From: Carcharhinus longimanus
Lineage: Eukaryota
DNA: 64,000 nucleotides
Assembly (NCBI GenBank): GCA_030264375.1
Contig: JASCQW010000190.1
Coordinates: 29,552,179 to 29,616,178 of the forward strand
Direction: 5' to 3'
The stretch's first letter is position 1, and the number at the start of each line of letters is the position of its first letter. The position numbers and the translations under genes were made by a program. The notes under the pieces were generated by a model. That model was not told the origin of the DNA and ran no database searches. It worked only from the letters and a program-made list of their open reading frames with translations. Shown here one piece after another: positions 39,700 to 52,360 of this stretch.

Positions 39700-39901
39700 C
39701 TTGAATCGGTTGGTACATGACCTCAGACTCTTGTACCTTTTTCTTGAAGGAAGAAGGTGGAAGAGAGAATGTCCGGGGTGCGTGGAGTCCTTAATTTTGC
39801 TAGCTGCTTTGCCGAGGCTTTGGGAAGTGTAGACAGAGTCAGTGGATGGGAAGCAGGTTTGTGTGATGGATTGGACTACATTCACAAACTTTTGTAGTTT
39901 C
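39700..39901 (-). mobile_element. Rex1/Babar-like LINE fragment
   Basis: ORF 39592-39987 reads KAASKIKDSTHPGHSLFHLLPSRKRYKSLRSCTNRFK. Confidence 0.8.
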
Positions 39902-42900
39902 TCCACCAGATTCTCTGTCTCATTCCTGTACTCTGTCTCGTCAGAGGTGAGACACGGGCATGAACCTGTACTGAATTGCTTAACCACGATAGATGCGTCA
40001 AGCTCAAATTACTTTTTCCCCACTAGGTTGAAATTGCGCACACCTGCCACAACCTCCGTCAACCTCAGGACGGAATTGCGATGCTATAGCTCCAAACCAC
40101 AATGTTAACTGTAAAATGCACTTATAGCTGGAATGGCAGCACTTCTCTTCCTCCTTTCACTAGCTAGCACTAGGAAAGGGACAGAAATTCCTCCAGCATG
40201 GTGACAACCCTGTTTCATTATCAAAACCCGATGTGAGTTACGAGTTAAAGCCTTTAAGGCATATCGGTAACATCATTCAGTTTATTTTATGAAAGTTAGT
40301 TTCTAGAAGGAAACAGAAAAAACAAATTAGGCTGTAGTTTCTATCATTAGATATGGTCTGTAGTTTTATTTTCCACACTTAAGAAGAAAATGTTATGGGT
40401 TATGTAAAAATATGCTAACTCAATAATCATACTAATTTTTAACCATGACAATGGTATTCAGAATTTCTGTATCCTAGCAACCTAGTGATTAGTTTGTCAA
40501 TCGTGAAAAGCAGAATTCTACTGAGTAAAATATTTGATTCCATGCTTGATTCAACAAAATGATTTAAACCATTAGTGGAAGTCGAGTCACTCTGTTTTGT
40601 TCCTTGGAATCAGTGAATTACTTCATGCTGATGTACACTAAACAACTAAACCCTGCTCCTACTAAGTGTGGGTACTTGCTATACTGTAGAAGGGGAGGAC
40701 TTTGTGATTAATGTTCCAAGGAGATTAAATATGATTTTCAGAAAAGAAACAACTCATCTTCCACAATGGGAAAGGAGCATTGTAAGGATGAGGAAGATTC
40801 ATTTTTCGTAATGGTTGGGAATATTTCTAAAGAAGTATTTAACCTATTGAAGACCACAACAGCATTTGTTATTTAATTTATTGAAATTAAAAGTTAATTT
40901 TTCTTTTAAGGTACCATTGGAAAATGTGGTTATTCCCTACATTTTGTAGTTTATTTTTCAGTATAGGAATATATGGAGATCATTTCTTCCATGTTTTGCA
41001 TGATGAGACACACAAATGTACGGTTACTTGAACAGGGAAGTGACCATTCAGTAATCAAAGGGTTACAGTTTGTGTATAAGTGACAGGGCTCCACTGAAAT
41101 CCATTACAAGTCGTGTCTTTAGTGTTTGCCAGATTGCTCTGCATTAAAAGGCCCTCACCACAACTGAAGCATCCACTAAAGCCTACAATATATTCATGTT
41201 TCAAGTGTTGTTTATTGTCTTGTTGACTACATGTCCTGCTTTCATGCGGAGCTTTCTGGGTCTGCATTTTCTTTTGGGCTCTTTACTTTCAGATATTTTT
41301 TCCCCCCCAAAAAAGTCCTGAGATGGTTTGCTGTAGTGCCTGCTCAGAGACACTTTGGCCTTGAATACTGGATGCTTCTGCATTGTCACACATTGTAGAA
41401 CAAAAAGTAATATATCACCGTTTATCTTTTGGAAAATCAGAATTCATAAAGCTTTTACAAACCCCCTGTGATGGTGTAATTATTAATTACATATGTTTCA
41501 TTCATAATTCTAAAGAAGAAGACAAATGGCAGTGAAATTTGAAGTGTGCAGTAATTTATTAGGCAATAAAATTGATGTATTCACCCAGCCTTCAAAATTC
41601 ATCCGTTATGAAAAGTTTAGGGCCAAAGCCCAGCAAGGGGTTATGGGACAACCTCCCCTTGGGCACTGTATAATTTTAATAAACTAAAATGGCAAATATA
41701 CAATTCCTTGGATAGTTGTGGTCATACACACTGCATTTTCTTAAACTGAGGATAGATGAAGGGTGACTGTGTTAATGTTTTCTGTTACAAACAGAATATG
41801 GTACTCCACACCTGATGCATGTTCAGAAGGAACATCAGTTTCAGTGCAAATCAGCATGGTTTTGCTTCCAGTGTTATAACATAGTAGTTTTTTGGGTATT
41901 CTGATTAATTAGTGACAACATTTTAAAACAATTAATATTGTTGAACTTGACTTTAAGGTAGAATCCCTCCCCCTCAAAAAACCAATAAAGCACCTCAATT
42001 TCCTTGTCCCTCCTTTTATGGTTTTTGTTATTTGGAACTTTATCTACTTTGATGTGAATGGAAAGCAGGACTGTTCACAACTGTCAGGGAGAAGAAATGG
42101 ATTTGTTTCCAAATGTGAGGAGGTGAAAAATTGTGTCTTTGCAACATAAGCAGGTGGATGGAAGAGGTGTTTTGGCAATAGAAGTATTTCACTTCCAATC
42201 TTAAGGGTGTACGGGTGCTGGCTCAGTAGGCCAAATGGCCTCCATCTGCACTGCAGGGATTCTATGAACTTGTGGGTTCTGAGCTATTTGAATTTGCTGG
42301 CCTCCATTTGGTCTTTTTTGCCATTCTCTGTGTTACATACTGAATGGAATGCTACGTTGTTGGGGGTACTAGTGCATAAACCTGGTATGACCCAGTTCAC
42401 TCAGTTTGAATTGTGCCTCCTGATGATAGATCGCAATCGGGCACCCTCTTCTGCTCAACTTGGATGATAAGCATTGATTGCCATTAAGTGCACAGTCTTG
42501 ATCAGCCTGTAGGAGGCTTTGTCACAAGGATCATTTTCTTCAACGAAAAGGAAGAAGAAAATATACATTTTAAAAAAAAAGCAAACAGGATGACTTGTCT
42601 GTCAACAGATTCTGACCTGCAATCTTTTTGGAGTCGTATTTCCTTAATGCATATAAATGTATACTATATATAAGAATGTAAAAGAATGGGAATAATAAGG
42701 AAATTTAATGCATTGTTTAGAGTTCAGTGCTCAATTTGCCTCACTATGCACTTGACCCCAAAGTGAGTTTTTGGCTCAGAGGTCGCATTCTGTCTCTGAT
42801 TTAGTTTGAGGCCCGTTCCAGACCTCTCTATCAAATGTAAACTAGAATATAATCACTAAACACTGGCTGATATCCAGTGGGCATTTGTGTCTGTCTGGGT

Positions 42901-42944
42901 TTTGTGTCAGAACGTTTGGGTCCCAATCCAGATTGCCCATGTCA

Positions 42945-43315
42945 GCGCAGTGGTACTGTAACTAGCGATCTAGTTACAGTAATCTAGAGACACGGGGTAA
43001 TGTTCTGGGGATACTGGTCTGAACCCCTACCACGGCAGATGGTGAAATTTGACTTCAATAGAAGAATCTAGAATTAAAACTCTAATGATGAAACCATTGT
43101 CAATTGTTGTAAAAACTCATCTAGTTCACTAATGTCCTTTAGGGAGGGAGATCTGCCATCCTTACCTGGTCTGGCCTACATGTGACTCTAGCCACACAGC
43201 AACGTGGTTGACTCTTCAATGCCCTCTGAAATGGTCCACCAAGCCACACAGGTCAAAGGCAATCAGGGATTGGCAATAAATGCTGGCACAGCAGTGATGC
43301 CCACATCCGATGACT
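42945..43315 (+). mobile_element. tRNA-SINE family B, more diverged
   Basis: gcgcagtggta..aatgttctgggg..cacggcagatggtgaaatttgacttcaata..ggcaataaatgctggc. Confidence 0.8.
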
Positions 43316-46146
43316 GAAGGCCTACTTGAATCAAGTGAGGGCAGGTGGCCAGCCCTTTAACCTGCGTCATGAGTGGACGGTGGAGTTTTTTCAGCCTTGG
43401 TTGCCTCCCACTTAGGCAGAACTACTTCGCAAATTAGAATGGTGAGCAAGGCAACTGGAAACCACCTCCAATACATGTGAAAGTTAAGTTAGAACCTTTC
43501 AAGGCACCAATCACAACAGATGAATGAGCGTTACCACATACATTGACTCTTCTTAGTGAAGTGAATAACCTGCAGGTAATTTTAAAAAGAATAGGATTCT
43601 GTGAAATTCTCTCCTGATCCCCAACTCCAGCAAATTCTTGAAAATTAATATTCCTCACAAAACACATCATTCAGCATCAAATCATCTATTTTCAAACTAA
43701 ACCCCACAGACTCTAGGAGATTCAAAAGGTCATTGAGTTTTTGTTTGTTTGGGACACAGTATATAACTAGAGTATTGTATGCGAGAATTGATACGTATTT
43801 CTGTCTCTGTTGCTTACATTTTACTGTATCTTTTGTACATACTAATTAACATTTTCTGCTTGGATTGTGGTGCTTTGCTTTGGCTAATACTATTTGTTAG
43901 AAGTGTGGGTGGGAGGGTTTCATTGATATTTGCACAAGGTCTCTGGGAATAAAACATTATTTTCACAAGGTGTATGACTACTTTCAGTAGGTCATATGAA
44001 TGTGTCAATGTTTGCAGAGGCTCTTGGATGCACACCAGTAATTGTACGGGTGACACTGGGAGTTTGCCAGTATATACAGGGATTCCCCAGGAGTTTGACA
44101 ATATTTAAAGGAGGAGGGAGGTGGAGTCACAAAAGCGTAGCAACATTTTCAGAGATGTGAACAATTCCAGTGGTCTCTTCGAGCTGTATCAGTAGTTGCA
44201 TAGGGTCATAGAAGTATTTCCAATATTTTCAGTGCTGCCCCCCCGCCCCCTGCATCATAATGTCAATATTTGCAGTAGGTTCCAGGAGTGTGTCAGTATA
44301 AGAATGTCCAGATGGAAATGTTAGAACAGTACTGCCGTAGGCAGTTCATAGGTGACACTTGCATGGTCAAGGTAGCAAAGATATGAAAACAGTATGAAAA
44401 ATTCCGTTCAGGTTTAAAATAGCTCAATTATTCTTAATATTAAATTTCCTCTTATTTCTGACTAACTGAGCTATCTTCTCAAGTATGTTTCCTGATCCGG
44501 GAGTCCTTTTTTTGCTGCTGTACTGTCTTGATGCATTTTGCACATTGCAGTTCCTGTTCTGGGGTCATACCAGAGTATGAAAAACATCTGCATCTGCTTT
44601 TTCCTCATCATTTTGTCTCCCAGTTGTAAACAATAATCGTGTGTGGGGAGGGGGTTGTTGGGGGAGGGTGGGGGGGGGGGTGGTACTGATCTTTAGCTTT
44701 TGAGTCTTGATTCTTTGTACGGTCCTATGGATTGGTCATTGATGATGCATGAAAACAGTCCTCTCAAACGATTACTGTAGGTCTGGCCTGTTTGTTGGAA
44801 CATAATGAAAAAATTATTGCCAAACAGCAAAAAAAATGTTACTGTTCCAATTTCTGGGGGAGGTGCCTGAACCTTTGCACAGCTCATGCATGATGCTAGT
44901 ATTTGCAGTGATTAATCGCTGTTTTCTCACATGCTGTTTCTGCTAGTTTAAATTGGATGATGACATCATTTTGTTGGCACACACCGACTCTTCCAAACAA
45001 CTGTTCAAATCAGAACCCTTCCTTCCCCCTCCCCGACCCCCAGACACCCACACCCACACTCCCCTGCCCGCCCACCCCCCCCCCCTCACTCTTTTGCTTG
45101 TAAAATGTAGAGATTTGTTTGATTCCATCAAGTTGAGTCCAGGTTTGATGGAACTGATTATACAATGAGAATGATCTTCTACTGGAAATTTAATATTCGT
45201 CGCCGATGCATTTGAGAAAAAAAAGAACGCCACTAATGGTGAAAAATCTAAATGGGAGTGTGAAAACTATGTAACATAAACAACATACATTTTCATATAT
45301 CTTGGTACTCTCCTGGGTTTTCAGGAGCATTTTATAAATTTATTCAAAGAAAATTACTGCAGCATGAAAACATCAAATCTTATACCAAAACTTGGCAATC
45401 TTGTTATTGTCATATTTTCCAAAAGCTTTTTTTCTAAACCCATTTCTGACATCTGCAGGCATGCATGCATTTCACTGTTTTGACAGAGTGAAGGTCTGAT
45501 TAAAATGATGCACACTTAAATGTCAGTGGGTCGAAAGTAACATTCTTCCCTAAACCTGTATGTAGCTGTGATTAGTCAGTACAGGATTTCTCAACCATCT
45601 GTTCTTCCATAGCAGAATTTTTTGAAGAATGGAAGGGCAAATCTGAATGTAGCCCTCTAAATCATCATCAAAGGTTTTAAAATTTGAAGCCCAAATTTTA
45701 ATAATCGATCTGTATATTTCAAGCTTCTTTTTCCGAAGGTAGCATTTGGAATTAATATTCGGTTTACTAAAACACAGCAATTTCTAATGGTTGGTATAAT
45801 TTAAATTGTGACTGTCTCTGCTTGCAAATGCATTAGAGGTAGGAGAAGCATAAGACATATTAATTGACAGACAGGAACTGCCGTCTCTCAGGTTNNNNNN
45901 NNNNNNNNNNNNNNNNNNNNNNNNNNNNNNNNNNNNNNNNNNNNNNNNNNNNNNNNNNNNNNNNNNNNNNNNNNNNNNNNNNNNNNNNNNNNNNNNNNNN
46001 NNNNNNNNNNNNNNNNNNNNNNNNNNNNNNNNNNCACCCAAGAAACACTACATTTTAACTATCTAACTTTGCAGCAGATGTTACCAGTTATGATGTTTTG
46101 CCATATTTAATTTCAATCTGTACGAGTAGCAATTACCTTAAAACTG

Positions 46147-46178
46147 TTCTCTACTTCTTTCCTTTTTTTTAAATGCAG
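46147..46178 (+). promoter_or_regulatory. 3' splice acceptor (polypyrimidine tract + CAG) of TSHZ3 exon 2
   Basis: ttctctacttctttccttttttttaaatgcag directly precedes sequence in frame with the TSHZ3 ORF. Confidence 0.92.
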
Positions 46179-46583
46179 CCTACGTTTCCGACGAATTGAA
46201 GGCGGCAGTATTAGGGGACGAGGAGGCTGACGCCAGTGAGTCTGGAGCCGACGGGGAATCGTCCTCCAAGTATGCGTGCACCGAGCAGGAATTTAGCAAG
46301 GAGTCGCCTAGCTACCAGGACTCCCCAGCCGGCGAGTTCTCCGGCCAGGAGATGGACAGCACGTCTCACGTGAGCGAGACCAGTGACCGACTGGCCGATT
46401 TCGAGAGCAACTCGATAAAGAACGAAGACGAGGGGAAGGAGGGTGGCGGCAGCCTTCCCGAGGAAGCGGTGCAGGACAGTTTGGAGCAAATGAAAGCAAT
46501 ATACAACAACATCCTGTCAAATTCCTATTGGTCGTCTCTGAGCTTGGGCCTGAACCAGCCGAGCGGGCCAGTCACGAATGGAG

Positions 46584-46614
<31 letters not shown>

Positions 46615-49393
46615 TAGCAGTTGTGGAAGCGGGAGCTTTGACTGGCATCAGTCTGCCATGTCAAAGACATTGCAGCAAGTCTCGCAGACCAAGATGGTTC
46701 AGGAGCCAAGTCTCTTCAGCACAGTACAGTTGTACAGACAAAGCAGTAAGCTGTATGGTTCCATATTTACTGGGGCCAGCAAATTCCGCTGTAAAGACTG
46801 CAGTGCTGCTTATGACTCCTTGGTGGAATTAACTGTGCACATGAATGAAACTGGACATTATAGAGATGAGAATAACGAAACTGACAATAACAATCCTAAA
46901 AAATGGTCCAAGCCTCGTAAACGCTCTTTACTGGAGATGGAGGGAAAGGAGGATGCGCAAAAGGTGCTAAAGTGTATGTACTGTGGCCACTCGTTTGAGT
47001 CCCTTCAAGACTTAAGTGTTCACATGATCAAAACAAAACACTATCAGAAAGTGCCTCTGAAGGAACCCGTGGCACCAATCTCCACAAAGGCCCTCCCTCC
47101 CACCAGAAAACGGGCACTGCTCGAGCTTGAGCTGCCAAGTTCTCCAGACTCTACTGGCGGTACGCCGAAAACATCTCTCTCTGACACAAGCGATGCACTA
47201 CAGAAGTCCTCAAACCCTTACGTTACACCAAATAACCGCTATGGGCACCAGAATGGCGCCAGCTACGCCTGGCAATTTGAGGCGAGAAAGTCTCAAATCC
47301 TCAAGTGTATGGAGTGTGGGAGTTCGCATGATACGCTGCAGGAACTCACCGCACACATGATGGTAACTGGACATTTTGTTAAAGTGACCAATTCTGCGAT
47401 CAAGAAAGGGAAACAGATTGTCGAGGCACCTCAGACACCGACGCCAACACCGGTGGCAACTATCTTAGAAGATAAAGTCCAGTCGGTTCCGCTAGCGGCA
47501 AGTGCTTTCACATCATCGTTAAATACCCCAGCCAGCGTCTCACCAAAATTAAATCTCGACGTGAAAAGGGAAGTTGATAAAGACACTGAAAGTGATGAGG
47601 ATAAGGTCAAAGAGAAAGAGAAAAACTGCAATGATGATGAAAAATATGACATTTCCTCTAAGTATCAGTATCTGACAGAAGAAGATCTGGAAGAGAACCC
47701 TAAAGGAGGCCTGGACATCCTTAAATCTTTAGAAAACACAGTGACCTCTGCTATTAACAAAGCTCAGAATGGGACTCCAAGTTGGAGTGGTTATCCTAGC
47801 ATTCACGCAGCCTACCAGCTTCCTAGTATAATGAAGTTACCATTTGGTTCATCAGGGAAGATGACGCAATTGAAGTCAGCACAAAGCAACATTGATATTT
47901 TGGCATCTCCTAAGAGCCAGCCACTAGTTTCGCCACCGAGTAGCCAGAACTCTCCTGTACCAAAAAACAATTTCCATGCTATGGAAGAGCTAGTGAAGAA
48001 AGTCACAGAGAAGGTAACCAAAACTGAAGAAAAGGTTAAAGAGCCAGAAAATAAGCTGTCCCGTCTGAAGCACGAGACGCCCTCTCCGTGTGGCAGCGAA
48101 ACAGGGGAGCCACAAAAAGTCGAAGCTTCAAAAGACCCCAGCCCTAAAAGCCAGGAAAATATTTCCAGTAGCCAGACAGACACGGCGAAAGAGAGTCCAG
48201 CCAAGGAACATTTGGAGAATGGTACAGAGGCCTTAAAACTCACAGCAAATAGTCTGTGCACGAGCACAGCAATTATTACAGACCATCCGCCCGAACAACC
48301 TTTTGTAAACCCATTAAGTGCATTGCAGTCCATTATGAATGTTCACTTAGGAAAAGCAGCTAAACCTGCACTACCTACCCTGGACCCTATGAGCATGCTT
48401 TACAAAATGAGTAACAGCTTGGCAGAAAAGGCTGCTGTGGCCACACCAATTTTGCAGGCCAAAAAAACAGAGCCCATAGACCGTTATTTCTATCATGTCA
48501 GCAGTGACCAGCCCATTGATTTGACGAAAGCCAAGAGTGACAAAAGTGGCTCTTTGGGTTCAGTGCTTTTGTCATCCATATCCCCATCGTCAACATCTTC
48601 TTCATCCACTGTGACAACAGCAAAGACATCTGCAGTCGTGTCATTCATGTCAAACTCGCCGCTACGCGAGAATGCCTTGTCAGATATATCTGATATGCTG
48701 AAAAACCTGACAGGAAGTCACACATCAAAATCTTCTACACCTACGAGCATTTCAGACAAATCTGAGGTGGATGGTAGCACTATGGAGGAGCCAGAGGAGA
48801 TTTCCCCAGCTCAGAAACGCAAAGGCCGGCAGTCAAACTGGAACCCACAGCATTTGCTCATACTGCAGGCCCAGTTTGCAGCCAGCCTGCGACAAACCAC
48901 AGACGGGAAATTCATTATGTCGGACCTCAGCCCCCAGGAGCGGATGCACATCTCGAGGTTTACAGGACTCTCCATGACAACAATCAGCCACTGGTTAGCC
49001 AATGTCAAGTACCAGCTCCGAAGGACAGGTGGAACAAAATTTCTTAAAAACCTGGACTCTGGTCATCCAGTGTTTTTTTGTAATGATTGTGCATCACAAA
49101 TCAGAACTCCTTCAACCTACATCAGTCACTTAGAATCACATTTAGGCTTCAGGTTACGAGACTTGTCAAAACTTTCTAGCGAACAGATAAGCAGCCAGAT
49201 AACACACGCAAAACTGCCCTCTGAAAAATCAGTGTTGCCATCTCAAGACGATGAGGCTGGGACGACGTTCCAGTGCAAACTTTGTAATCGGACTTTTGCT
49301 AGTAAACATGCAGTCAAACTGCATCTCAGTAAAACTCACGGCAAATCACCGGAGGACCACCTTCTGTATGTTATAGAGCTGGAGAAACAGTAG
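46179..49393 (+). CDS. TSHZ3: Teashirt homolog 3, large terminal coding exon (exon 2); five C2H2 zinc fingers, atypical homeodomain, CtBP-binding motif
   Basis: The 1065-aa ORF extends upstream to a phase-1 acceptor (ttcttt cctttttttt aaatgcag|cc tac gtt tcc gac gaa ttg = A-YVSDELKAA, matching the vertebrate TSHZ3 'AYVSEELKAA' junction). TSHZ3-type segments include GSSSSSSSSSSSSCGSGSFDWHQSAM, LYRQSSKLYGSIFTGASKFRCKDC, ETDNNNPKKWSKPRKRSLLEMEG, PIDLT, the homeodomain RQSNWNPQHLLILQAQF..WLANVKYQLRRTG and C-terminal GKSPEDHLLYV..LEKQ. The TTG 'start' at 46196 in the ORF track is an artefact. Confidence 0.97.
46586..46621 (+). repeat. (AGC/AGT)12 coding trinucleotide repeat, poly-Ser tract
   Basis: agc agc agt agc agc agc agc agc agc agt agc agt in the TSHZ3 frame. 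Confidence 0.9.
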
Positions 49394-50030
49394 CATTTAC
49401 TTCAGTAAACTAACTGTTTGCTTTGAGGAGAACTCTGAAAGAAGCCTTAAAGCTACTGTAACAACTCTTGGCACATGTTCTTGATTTACTGCAGAGTAGC
49501 ACTCTGATCTGAACTCTTTTATATAACTGTACAGTGTTTAATGGAAGCACGTAATCAGCTGTTGTTACTGGCTGATTACAAGGGTAAAAATGGTAAGTGT
49601 TTGGAATTTTGTGTAAATTGGATTTAGTTGCTGTGTATCGCTCAGATGCATTAAGCTGCATGCGTAATGGACAATTTAGTTAAGCATTTAATACTGAACC
49701 TGGTGCACTTTCTCATGTGAATTAAGTGTGCTGGCATTTCTCAGCCTTTAACCTTTAACCCTCTGAGCACTGCGAAAGCACTTCTGCATTAAGTTGCAAA
49801 AACAAATTGGCAGCATTCTTATTTTTCAGATCACTGACTGAAAGCCATTATTAAAATAATGATCTGCAGCTGTCTTTATTCAATTCCATTGTCATGATAC
49901 TTGTGCGGATGACTTTGCACAATATAATTTTCAGATGTATTATTTAATGGAAATTACTATTTACCGAGCTAAAATGAATAGTCAATGCTCAAAGGGTTAA
50001 TAAAATTAGAAAAAAAAACACTTGTACTGT
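49394..50030 (+). other. TSHZ3 3' UTR (proximal part; true end unknown)
   Basis: AT-rich, repeat-free sequence after the stop. AATAAA at 49999-50004, with further hexamers at 51040-51045 and 51973-51978. Confidence 0.6.
49999..50004 (+). terminator. Candidate polyadenylation signal AATAAA
   Basis: First canonical hexamer I found after the stop codon; usage not demonstrable from sequence. Confidence 0.45.
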
Positions 50031-52087
50031 ATTTCTTCAACAGTAATATACAAAATTCTCTCAAAGGGTTTATGCTAAGAGATCCTGCTACAAATGTAAA
50101 AAGGCATTCCATGATGTAACCTCCTTTACTTATTTATGAGCACTCTCACTTGTTATTTTAATGATCATCATGTGTAGAATGCCTTTGATTGGTAAGTTTT
50201 GTTCTGCCTAATTATTCTCCCATGATCCCCCACTGCATCTTTATACTTTGGCATATAAAAGGTAACCCGTGGTTACCAGCACACTGAGTGAGTCTGTTCA
50301 TCTCCATTTTTCAGTTAATTTGCAGAAATAACTGACAGCTGACACCATACGAGAATATATGTATAAAATAGACATGTAAACAGCACAGATACTGCAACAC
50401 ACTCTGTGCCCTGTCTTATTGCTGGAAATGAAACACCATTATGGCTGTTCATATACACCAACCACCACCCCCCCCTCCCCAATATTGCAACATTAAACCA
50501 TTTTACAATAATTTTGAGTTGCTAGTCTACATACAAGGTGCTGCAGGTAATGAGCACATTGACACGGAGCCTGGCTGGAGCTTGAGCAGGTTTATGGTTC
50601 TGACAGGCAGTGGTATTAGTTAAAGTATTATTTGTCAGATAACCACACAGCACTTACAGAGAGATACTTGAGGGGTTAGCACCTTTCGAAAGGCCTTAAT
50701 TCACAGGTGCGCGATGAGACCTAGCCATAACCCCACCCAGGCACTGGCGTGTTCCAACACATTGTATATCTCCCAGCCGCCACACTTACACAGTATCTTA
50801 AAATAACATTTGTGATAAATGTGCAATTTACCTAATTTATGGCACTATGATGTGCTCAGGGCTACATACAAGATGAAAATCTTAAATGGAGCTTGAACAG
50901 TGCACTTCACAACAAGAAATCAATATGCCATGGCTTAGAGAGCTATCTGCTGAGGTGAAATTAGCAGAAACCAACTACCAAGGAGCGTAGCCCCAGATCT
51001 GTAACCACAGAGTGGCTATAGTAAACCAAAGTATAACTTAATAAAGGATTGGTATCTAACAAACAAGACTACCAACATTTGTGCATGAAATCTCAATTTT
51101 TGTAATATTTTATGTCCTGTACATATTGATCTTTCAATGCTCTTGACTTCTGTCCCAGCCAACTGTCTCTCTCACAGGCACTAGGTGACATGAATTATGT
51201 TTGAAAATTGGGCATTATCTAAAATCCACATTACCCAGCAAGCTTGACTGTGATGATAACAAAACATCTAATGAATGGTTACTCGTCAAGAAACCGCGAC
51301 GCTGACAAACATTGGGTTTACTTTTATCAGTTTTCCCATTTTTGTTTTCCTGTGTGATACGCTGTGCTCAAGAAGCATCAAGATTTGTCTGAGATTCTTC
51401 CCCTTTTCCCCTTTAACAGAAACACTGTATATACTGGACAGCTTTCACAATCACCTTAACCCTTCCAGTGCTACTCTCAGCATTCGTTGGGCCAGCGATA
51501 TGGGACTCCTGCTCATCCAGCAGGGAAGGGTTAAAAAAAATTCAATCCCATTTGCTGGACTTTAAATGGATTTCCAATTGTCATCTGCTTTCCATGATTG
51601 GACACAATGGATATATGTACTGTGCATATATGTGCTCTACATGTTAGGAGGAGAATACTGGTTATTTTATACATTTGAGAATTTAATGACACAATTTCTA
51701 GGATTCTGCTGAGCCATGTTGTGAAACATGTAAAACAGGCGCAGTATCTGCAATTGACCTGAGTATTAAATTCAGAAAGTAGTTGCAATTCAAATTCCAT
51801 GTGAAGTCAACATTGTCTTTTTAATTTCCTTAAAAAATTGTTTATTTAAATTTTGTTACAATGTCAACATCTTTTCTACTGAAAAATATTTTATATGTTA
51901 ACATAATCGATAATTGTATGAAAGCACTCTGGATCACTGCAACAAAAACAGTGTATGAATGTAACAGGATACAATAAAAAGAAATATACATGTTACAGAA
52001 TCAAATGTAGGAATTCCATACCCTCGGTTTATAAGTAAACAGTCCAGCCGGTCTGAGTGGTGATTATTGGGTCATGCCATTCATTTT

Positions 52088-52360
52088 GGGGGTGTGAGAA
52101 TGGGTGGGTGTGTGTGAGGATGGGTGACTGTGGGTGGAGGTGTGGGTGGGTGGATAGGGTTGTATGTGGCGGGGGGGGCGGTGGTGCTGGGAGGGATGGC
52201 TGTGGGTGCGCAGGTGTGTGTGTGTGTGGGGATGGGTGGGTGCGGGTGTGTGTGGGGGAATGGATGGGTGGGGTGTGGGTGTGTGTGGGGGAATGGATGG
52301 GTGGGTGTGGGTAGGTGCGGGTGTATGTATGGGTATGGTTGGCGATGGATGTGTGTGTGT
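52088..52360 (+). repeat. GT/GGGT-rich low-complexity repeat
   Basis: Runs of gggt and gtgt; gggtgtgtgtgggggaatggatgggtggg occurs twice. Confidence 0.9.

Noticed and set aside
1-46178. TSHZ3 exon 1 (MPRRKQQAPRR..) and its promoter
   Set aside because: No matching sequence or CpG-island promoter seen; it probably lies upstream, though N gaps cannot be excluded.
46196-46198. TTG start codon of the 1065-aa ORF
   Set aside because: It is an internal Leu codon; the frame is entered by splicing at 46179.
47431-48333. Antisense ORFs of 73 and 173 aa inside TSHZ3
   Set aside because: Shadow frames of the real CDS with no recognisable domain.
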